Shown here in pieces: positions 20,542-29,800 of a stretch of 64,000 nucleotides of DNA. Source of the stretch: a virus (taxonomy: Duplodnaviria; Caudoviricetes); IMG/VR virus record IMGVR_UViG_3300034407_003088, positions 15,131 to 79,130 of that record; one strand, 5' to 3'. The first letter of the stretch is position 1; every line of letters starts with the position of its first letter. The translations under genes and the position numbers were made by a program. The notes under the pieces are model-generated. The model did not search any database. It saw only the letters and a list, made by a program, of their open reading frames with translations, and had not been told where the DNA came from.

Positions 20542-21549
20542 TTACTCGTTGTAGATTCGTAGATATTTTTCAACCCATTCTTCTTTATTATCGTATTTTT
20601 TTAAATTTTTTCTCAACCCTTCAAGTAAAGTTTTTCTATGTAATTCTGATAATGTTTTTATCTCTTCTACACATTTATCAAACTCTTCCTTTGTGGTTGC
20701 TCTAAATGGATAATGCATATCATCACACCAATTATGTGGTAAAATTGGTAATTTACCATAGTCAATTGCCTCAAAAATACTATATCCAAAAGGTTCATTG
20801 AGATGTGCAGAATGACTTATTCCCCAATCATCTCTATCTAAAAACTTTTTTAAGAACTGATACTTAAATTGATAAAATCTTGTATCAGAAAATTTAATTT
20901 TTAGTTTCTTTTCCCACTCTTGAACATCAAAGATATCGGTGAATGCAAATGATTTATGTCCTAATAGGAAGTGTGGGGCCTTTCTCGTTTCCATTCTGGC
21001 GGCAAAACCAATAGTGTCATTCATCACGATATCTTTGTTTCGTTCAAATTCATAATAATTCGGTATATCAATTAAATCAAAATCTTTATGTAATGGTGTT
21101 TTTTGTACACCTATCCAAATCTTGTGTTTTGACCATTTCAAAACATCTCTTTCCCAATCTTTTGATGAGGCAAAGTGCATTAATCTCGGTAGATTTAAAG
21201 TAAACCCTGCCTGTAAACTTAAGTCTAAACTAACATGAACTACATTAGAATGTATCTTATCACGATGTTCAGATATTAATTTATGTGGTGTGTAGTATCC
21301 ATGAAGTATATTGATTCTTCTACACTCTTTTATGTATTGTTCAAACTTGATTGGGTCATCACTTTGCCATACCACCTCAACATCAGTATCAAACTCCACA
21401 TTTAAATCATCTATACGATTACGATGTATCAATAGTTTACTTGGATATGTAAGTTTTGGACTAACTTCTTTTAACCATTTGTTAACCCAAACATCACTTC
21501 CACCATAAACTAATGAACCACCACCTGTACTATAATATACATCAAACAT
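20542..21549 (-). CDS. GT-B (family 4-like) glycosyltransferase
   Basis: GGSDVW N-terminal motif and EPFGYSIFEA (Ex7E) motif. Confidence 0.7.
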   Translation of the reverse strand: MFDVYYSTGGGSLVYGGSDVWVNKWLKEVSPKLTYPSKLLIHRNRIDDLNVEFDTDVEVVWQSDDPIKFEQYIKECRRINILHGYYTPHKLISEHRDKIHSNVVHVSLDLSLQAGFTLNLPRLMHFASSKDWERDVLKWSKHKIWIGVQKTPLHKDFDLIDIPNYYEFERNKDIVMNDTIGFAARMETRKAPHFLLGHKSFAFTDIFDVQEWEKKLKIKFSDTRFYQFKYQFLKKFLDRDDWGISHSAHLNEPFGYSIFEAIDYGKLPILPHNWCDDMHYPFRATTKEEFDKCVEEIKTLSELHRKTLLEGLRKNLKKYDNKEEWVEKYLRIYNE

Positions 21550-21557
21550 AATAACCT

Positions 21558-22613
21558 CTATTTTGCGTGAACATTATGAGTCATATATCCTTGTGCAAAA
21601 TATACATCATAAGGTTCACAATTTAAATTAACAACCTCTACTTCTTCCTCTACTTTTTGTATAGTGACAATTTGTACTTCTGTTAAATCGTCTCTTATTA
21701 AATAGTCATCATACTGAACTAATTCATCAGTTCTTTTATATTGATAAATATATCCACTACCCTCTTCACCTCTACTGATAGCACTTTTAACTAACCATGG
21801 ATGTTCTTCTGTAGTATTGATAATACTATTGATTCTATAATAACTTTCATAATAATCAAAGTATAAATGTTTTACACTTCCTGTTACTATTCTTGTGTCT
21901 GATATATCATCATCACTCCACTCACCCCAAGTGTCTGTAGAGTCAAAGTCTAATGGAATATCATCATTGTGATATGCCACAATAGTATCACCTACATTTA
22001 CATCTTCAATATTTTTATAAAAAGTATTACCCTTTTCATCTTGTAAAGTGATAGAAGTACCAATCAATAAACATCCACCACCACCATAAGTGTCATATAC
22101 TGCACCATAAAATTCATCAAAGTGTATTGGATGTTGTGCACTACCACTTACTGGCCCACCTTGGTCATAATCAAAGTTAGGTTTATTGTCTGTTGCATCA
22201 GGTGAAATATTAACATTCTCACCTGCGTCATTTACACCACCTACTGAAGCAAAGTCTTGATACAAATCATGAATATCTGAGTTTGCACTATTGACTGCAA
22301 TACCCTTTTCTTGATTCATATCTGATATACTCATGGAAACATTTTGACCAATAACAGGAATTAACAATGCACCATGTCCTGGTGCATCCAATATACCTAA
22401 TGTTGTGGAACCACTTGAGTAGTTCTCACCATTATTAGTGATGTTTGTTGAGACGATAACACCACTACCATTACTTGTACAAGTACCTGCAAAACTTTGT
22501 CCATGTTTTGATTTAGTTCTTGCATTTAAAGTATAGGTTTGTGAACTACCATACCCACTACCACCATCGGTAATATTAATACTTAGTATTTTCCAACCAC
22601 TTTGAAGTGCCAC
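21558..22613 (-). CDS. Putative fibre-associated virion protein with C-terminal Hint domain
   Basis: Hint from CLLIGTSI (22071-22073) through TEEH to THN (21573-21578); SMSISD..EKG...FDEFYG resembles common small virion proteins. Confidence 0.8.
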   Translation of the reverse strand: MALQSGWKILSINITDGGSGYGSSQTYTLNARTKSKHGQSFAGTCTSNGSGVIVSTNITNNGENYSSGSTTLGILDAPGHGALLIPVIGQNVSMSISDMNQEKGIAVNSANSDIHDLYQDFASVGGVNDAGENVNISPDATDNKPNFDYDQGGPVSGSAQHPIHFDEFYGAVYDTYGGGGCLLIGTSITLQDEKGNTFYKNIEDVNVGDTIVAYHNDDIPLDFDSTDTWGEWSDDDISDTRIVTGSVKHLYFDYYESYYRINSIINTTEEHPWLVKSAISRGEEGSGYIYQYKRTDELVQYDDYLIRDDLTEVQIVTIQKVEEEVEVVNLNCEPYDVYFAQGYMTHNVHAK

Positions 22614-22615
22614 TT

Positions 22616-23197
22616 CTATAACCTCTTTTTAATTTCATCTAATTCTTTTTTCAAATCTTCTATTTGTTTTTGTTGGTCATTAATACCTTGAACCAATAAA
22701 GATACAACCTTATCATATTGTATTGCTTTATATCCATCTTTACGAGTAGTTACAATTTCAGGTAATACTTGTTCAACCTCTTGTGCAATCAGTCCAATAT
22801 CATGTCCCTTTTCTCTTTCAACGATATCTGCCTTTTCATTCCAATCAAACTCTACTCCTCGTAGTCTACTGATTTTAAATAGTGAATCCTCTATAGGTCT
22901 GATGTTATCTTTTAATCTTATATCTGAAGAATAGTAAGCTGTTAGATTACCAGTAAATCTACCTGCACCATCAACATCCAATGCAACACCAGGTGAAGTA
23001 TCATTAATACCCAAACCTGTATCTGAGATTGTTATTTGTGTTGATGTGGCATTATCATCTATCCCAAGAGAATTGAATTTCTTGATATTGATGTTATCAA
23101 AAGTAATAGTACCAGTTAGTGCATCATATAAATTAGTTATATGAGCCGTTGTGATTGTATTACCACTTGATATTCCTGATTTGTCTAAATTAGCCAT
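22616..23197 (-). CDS. Tail fibre protein with Peptidase S74 intramolecular chaperone
   Basis: SSDIRLKDNI...LRGVEFDW...GLIAQEV..VLPE plus terminal coiled coil. Confidence 0.9.
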   Translation of the reverse strand: MANLDKSGISSGNTITTAHITNLYDALTGTITFDNINIKKFNSLGIDDNATSTQITISDTGLGINDTSPGVALDVDGAGRFTGNLTAYYSSDIRLKDNIRPIEDSLFKISRLRGVEFDWNEKADIVEREKGHDIGLIAQEVEQVLPEIVTTRKDGYKAIQYDKVVSLLVQGINDQQKQIEDLKKELDEIKKRL

Positions 23198-23204
23198 TTA
23201 TATC

Positions 23205-23798
23205 CTAAACCTGTATTATTATTTCTTTACCATTTCCACCATTACTACCATTATTTCCATTTGATGCATTAGAGGCAGATGGGCCAGCTTTACTTCCACC
23301 AGTTCCACCTCTTCCTCTTCTTGTAGAAATATTACCATTTGAAGTAGAAGTACTATAACTTGCCGTATTACTTGTACCGACACTTGATACAGGTGTAGTG
23401 GTTATTATTACGATAGCACCACCTGTACCACCTCCACCTCCTCCACCTCCAGCGGATGAGGCTATTGTAGATGCAGTTCCATTTGTAGATGTACCACCAC
23501 TTCCACCTTGTGCAGAGTTACCTGGTATAATACTTCTTGTTACTGCACCACCACTCAATCCAGCACCACCATTTAAAGGAGTACCACTTACACTACCATC
23601 CATGGCACCACCACCACCACCTCCAGATGGGCCTGCACCTGGTGATAATCTACCAGTAGTATCTTCAGAACTTAATACATCTCTCATCATCTGTACTAAG
23701 TGTGGGTCAATTACATTTATTCTTGTGGTTCCAGATGCTGCAGATGAGGCACCACCAGCACCACCACTACCACCTATATTTCCAGTTGTTACTGCCAT
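23205..23798 (-). CDS. Glycine-rich fibre-tip/adhesin-like protein
   Basis: Multiple GGGGGG tracts; own AGGAG SD; resembles the C-terminus of the giant fibre. Confidence 0.55.
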   Translation of the reverse strand: MAVTTGNIGGSGGAGGASSAASGTTRINVIDPHLVQMMRDVLSSEDTTGRLSPGAGPSGGGGGGAMDGSVSGTPLNGGAGLSGGAVTRSIIPGNSAQGGSGGTSTNGTASTIASSAGGGGGGGGTGGAIVIITTTPVSSVGTSNTASYSTSTSNGNISTRRGRGGTGGSKAGPSASNASNGNNGSNGGNGKEIIIQV

Positions 23799-23825
23799 AT
23801 AATATCTCCTGTATTAAATTTTATG

Positions 23826-26800
23826 TTATGGTAAAAGTTCTTCACCATTTCCTCCATCACCACCTTTACCACCATCGGCCTTGAATCCATATCCAGTATT
23901 CGCATTATTAACAATTTTTCTTGAGGCTATAAACATTATACCACCTGAACCACCAGCACCACCACCGCCACCACCAGTTACATCTGCTGTACCACTATTT
24001 GGGCCACTATTTCCACCTTGTCCACCATCACTACCACTTACTAATGTTGTTGTTAAATTTGTTGAAACACTTTTTCCTTTAGCACCACCAGCACCACCAG
24101 CACCACCAGCTTTACCAGCACCACTCTGGCCAGCAGCTTGTCCATCAGTTCCATTTTCTCCACTGGCATCTATTAAACCTGTGGTATTAATTGTTAATGT
24201 ATCGTTTACATATAATCTAAATCCATTTGTGTATAAAGTTTTACCATTATCTACTATTAAGTTTGTAACATAAACATCCCTCACTAATGCAAAGGAATTA
24301 CTTCCGTCACCTTTTATAATTTCAGCACTATCATCTTCTGATGTGATACTTGTCTGACTAGCTAATGTTATTGTGGTTGAATTGTCTGTACCTGCACCGA
24401 ACAATCTACTTCTTTCAAGTAAATAATCTTTTGATTCAATATTACCCTCTGGTGTGAATCTAATTTGATTAGAACCAGTCATAAATGTTGCTTGTCCATC
24501 TGGTAATAATGCATAACCACTACTACTGATTTCTAAATTATTTCCTGAACTACTGATGTATGCGTTATCACTTCCTTTTGAACCTAAGAAAAATGTAGAT
24601 GAACTCATAATCAAATTAGTACCATCCCACGATATTCTATGTCCATTACCTTCACCAGCTCTGAAGTGTCCACTACTATTTAATAAGACTCCTGTACCAC
24701 TCGTTAAGGTTTGTGATGCTGCACTTGCACCATATATAAGTGTTGAATTATTCATTCGTAATGTTGTACTACCACTTAAATGGAAATCATCTGTAACTAA
24801 TTTAAGTGTGTTGGTTCCATCAAATGAAATCCTTGAACCTGTAGAACTACCAACTAATAATCTACCTTGACCATCTGCATAAAATCCATTACCACTATCA
24901 AAGGCAGTTGGTGGTGATACACCTAATGAAACTTTACCATTATTAGTTGCACTATCCATAATGATAGTCCCTGCATCTAATGCAAAAGTATCGGATTTTA
25001 ATTGTAAAGTGTTACCAACTGCATCAAACTTGATTAAATTATTGGCATCTCCTCGTACTAAGAAGTCTCCAGTACCATCCATGAAGATACCTTTATTAGT
25101 TCCACTAACACTTGTGTTTAAGGTTGCACCCATTGCAAATACTGGTGTACTTGCAGTGGAATCTAATTTGATTTTATTTGTACCTGTTGTTAATAAATCT
25201 ATATCTGTAGTTTTTATACTTAAGGTTGAACCATCAAAGTTAACATGGTTTGCACTTGTGTTTCCAAATAAGAATGTTCCATCACCTTTTAAGAAAATAC
25301 CACTACCTGCAGTTGCACTTTCTGGTGGTGTAGAACCAAGTGCAATTGTTCCAACACCAGACGAGGACGCAATCAATGTATTTGTGGTTAAATTAAAATC
25401 TCCTGTTACTATTTTTAAACTATCATCTCTACCATATGCAAATGATTGATAATTACTTTCACCGAAGTTTATTGTTGCATTGGTATCAACTGCCAAGTTC
25501 GTAGAGAATAGGAATGCACTTGCACTTAATGCACCTGCAGTAGAGACAAAGAAGTCACTACCACTTAACTCACCACCATCAACTTTGATTATTGGAACTC
25601 CACCTGTTCCACCATCTGCATCTAATACAATCTTACCACTACCCAAATCTATTTTTTGGTTTGTAGAACTTATATCAAGAGCTGCAGTATCTAATTCAAA
25701 TTGTGTTGTTTTAATGTTAAATGTACTACCACCATCAAAATTAATATGATTACCACTTGTATCACCAATTAAGAACTTACCTGTCCCATCCACATAAAAA
25801 CCATCACCATTATCATATGCAACTGGTGGTGTTGCACCTAATGCAATCACCCCACTATTAGATGATGATACTCTCATTGTTGAAACATCTAAATCAAGTT
25901 GTGTTGTTTTGATGTTAAATGTACTACTACCATCAAAGTTAATATGATTACCACTTGTATTACCGATTAGGAATTTACCTGTCCCATCTACATAGAATCC
26001 ATTACCATTATCATATGCAACTGGTGGTGTTGAACCAAGTGCAATTACTCCTGAATTAGATGATGATACTCTCATTGTTGAAACATCTAAATCAAAATTA
26101 GTTGTTCCAATCTCAATATTACTACCACTTATTTTTGCTCGTGTAGTTCTTAAATCTAAATCACCACCATTGAATTGTAAATATTTATTGGCACCTGCCT
26201 TGAAGATAAAGTCACCATCACCCTCAATGTATACACCTTTATTAGTTCCACCTGTATCTGTTACACTTGAAACACCATTACCAACTTGGATTGCACCATT
26301 ACCTGAACCATCAAGGTTAATCGCTCTATCATTACCAAGACTCATTGAGGCTTGTGTGGATGATATCTCAATACCACTTGATGTTACTTCAAGTCTTGAA
26401 GTTGATACTTGTAAATTATCTACAGCAAGGTCAAATGTACTACCAGTCATTATTAAGTAATTGGTTGGATTTCTATATATAGAAATTTCACCACTACCAC
26501 TCATGAATATTCCTTCAGTTCCAAATGTTGTTGCAGATGAACCAAGTGCGATTTTTCCACCACCATCTGTTTTAACATCAAATGTGGATGTATCTACATT
26601 TAAGTTTTCTGTTTTTACTTCTAAACCACTTGAATCAAATCTTATATATTCATTTGAGTCTTTTTGTAAATTAAATTCTCCACTACCACTTAAGAATATA
26701 CCATTACTTGATAAGTTTGTTGGGATTACACCACCCAATCCGATACTACCGCCTGCAGTACCTTTTAATTTTATTCCACCATCATTATTTGGGTCACTAT

Positions 26801-29800
26801 CGTGACCTAAACTCATTGATGCTTGTGTTGATGATATATGTAGGTCTGTTGCATCTAATTCAAATTTTTGTGATTGTATTTGTATATCACCACTACCATC
26901 ATGTGATAGGAAATTGGTTCCTGAACCTACTTTAAATTGTCCTGTAGTATACCAATAGTTATGGTCATTAACACTAATACCATCGTTACTACCATTTACA
27001 TCAGTACCAATTATAATCTTATTACTTGCACCAACTCCTGTATGTACAAATAACTTACCAGTAATAGAACCTGTAGTTGCAGTTATACCACCAGTAAAGT
27101 AACCATTACTTGTATAAATACCAAACCCTGCATTTGCTGGTGTGATACCAAACTCTGCAAACTCACTAACATTCACTCCACTTAAATCACCAACACGAGC
27201 TTTCAAATCTACATCATAAATCCCACTACCTGTTCTTTCTACAATATCAATGTATGGTGTGGTTACATCATTTGGATTTGCATTTAATTTAATGTATCCA
27301 CTTCCTGATGTATTTGTACCAGTTCCACTTACATAACGACCAGTACTAACAATTACTTGTCCTTCTTCATAGTCTTGTGCATTACTTGCCAAGTCTCCTA
27401 CAAAGGAACCTTGACCACCTGCACCCCAACTTCTTGAAACATAAAGTTTACCTGCAAAATTAGTAGCACTATCAGGAAAATCTCTTGAGGCACTTTGAAC
27501 TAATACATACTCTGTACTAAATCCTGTTGCTCCTATTTTCTTTATTTGTAAAATTTCACCATTTACAAGTGCTGCATTTGTCAATACACCTGATGAATTA
27601 AATCCATTATAACTACCTGTAAATCCAGTTGCATTTACTACCGACATAGTTGAGTAACTTGCAGATATTACACCTGAACCAGTTAATGATGTTGAGTTTG
27701 CAACATATAATTGTCCACCAACGGCATTTACGGTTTCTTTCTCAAAGACTGCCGTAGATAATGTACCACGAATTCTTGCATTTTCAAACTCTGCAGTTCC
27801 ATTACCCTCTGCAGATATTCTCCAACCTTTTAGATTAGATGCAAAGTCTGCAGTTTCTATTGTTCCTGTACTTCTTATAAATAAATTATCAGAGAATATA
27901 TTACCTGAGTCTATTGTCCACCCTGCAATCCTATTACCCTCTTCACCAAACTTAACTAAAGTATTACTATCGGCAGTTCCACTTCCATCATAGATTTTCA
28001 TCCCATAATCATCACTACCACCCGCATCACTTGTTTCACCAATTCTTATATATTCATCACCACTATCGTTAAATACTTGTATTCTTTTTGTAGATGTATT
28101 AATATCAATATTAGTTGTATCAATTTGTAATTGGTTTGAAACTATTGTAAAATCAGCACCATCAAATTGTATTCTATTACCATCATGTATACCAATTAAA
28201 AGTTTACCATTACCATCTGCATAGAAACCTGTTCCACTATTGTATGCAGTTGGTGGTGTACCACCTAATGCAATAATACCATTGTTGGTTCCACTATCTA
28301 ATATCAATGTTCCTGCATCTAAATCAAAATTTTCTGCCTTTATATCTAAATCTGCAAATGATTTTCTAATGTAGTTAGTGGCATTTGTATATGCAAGAAA
28401 GTCACCAGTACCATCCATATAGATACCAGCATTTGTACCACTACCAGTTGTGTTTGGTGTTGCCCCTAATGCTATCTGACCACTCTTTGTTCCACTATCT
28501 ATTACTAATGTAGAAGTTGCCAAGTCAAATGTACCTGCCTTGATATCAATACCACCACCATGGAATTTTAGATACTCTGCATTTGCACCACCTTGTTTAA
28601 TCAGTACATTACCACTTGAATCCACATGGAATCCTGTAGATGCATCTGCGATATCAGTAGCACTTGCCAATGTACCTATACTGATTTTATCATTTGATAT
28701 TTCTAAGTTTGTTCCTGTTAATGAGAATGTACCTGATTTTATTGTTACATTACCACTATTGAATTGTAGGTATTCAGCGTTTGCACCACCTTGTTTAATC
28801 AATACATTACCACTTGAGTCAACTAAGAAACCTGTAGATGTATCTGCAACATCGGTAATAGCACTTAATGTACCTATGCTAATTTTATCATTTGATATTT
28901 CTAAATCTGTTCCTGTTAATGAGAATGTTTCAGATTTTATTGTGAGTGCAGTACCTATCTTTCTTACTAAGTTTGTTGCATTACCTTGAAAATTAAAATC
29001 ACCACTACCACTTAATAATAATCCATCACTTGTTAGATTTTGTGGTATGGTATCACCCATGGCAATTGTTCCACCACCTGATGATGAGATAAACATTTTA
29101 GGTGCACTTAATTCAACATCAGTTCCATCAAATTTAAAAAATCTATCACTACCATCTCCAATATAACCTCTCGGTGTTCCACTATTATATTCTAATTGAA
29201 TCCCTTGATTTCCGAATGTGGTATTGTTTATTGTAATGGCCTTTGTTGCAGAATTTAAACCAACATTTGTTCCACTTTTAATCTCATCCGAATCAATTGT
29301 AAATCCACCAATTTTACCACCATCAAATAAAACTTTTGAACCTGTAATTTGTCCACTTGATTTTAATAATAAGTTATCACCTGTATCATTTATTTGTGTT
29401 GAAGTTAATTCAAAACCACCAATTTTACCACCATCAAAAAATACACTTGAACCACTTACATCACCGTCTGCCTCAACTTGGAAGTTAGAACTTGAGATAA
29501 AATAACTATTACCTGTTGCTCCACCATCTAAGTGAAATGATGTTCCTTGTTGTAATTTTGTTCCACTTATATCAAATCCAGCAATTTTACCACCAGTAAA
29601 TAATACATTTGAACCTGTTATATCTCCATCTTGTTTTACATTAAATTTTGATGTAGAGATAAACATATATGAAGCACTATCTTGACCACCTATTGTTGGT
29701 GAACCACTAATGAATATATTGGTACTACTAAATGAATGTGAATCAGTAGTGAATCCACCAATCAAACCTGCACTTGCAGTTATCGTACCTTCAAATTTTG

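Noticed and set aside
19070-22073. Mobile self-splicing inteins
   Set aside because: No homing endonuclease, no +1 Cys/Ser/Thr, and C-exteins of only 4-7 aa.
23798-23826. Frameshift or readthrough joining the giant fibre to the Gly-rich ORF
   Set aside because: The downstream ORF has its own AGGAG and ATG after a 27-nt spacer; no slippery site seen.
25743-28928. CRISPR array or DGR template/variable repeats
   Set aside because: The repeats are in-frame coding duplications with mostly synonymous, non-adenine-specific differences; no spacers, cas or reverse transcriptase in the window.
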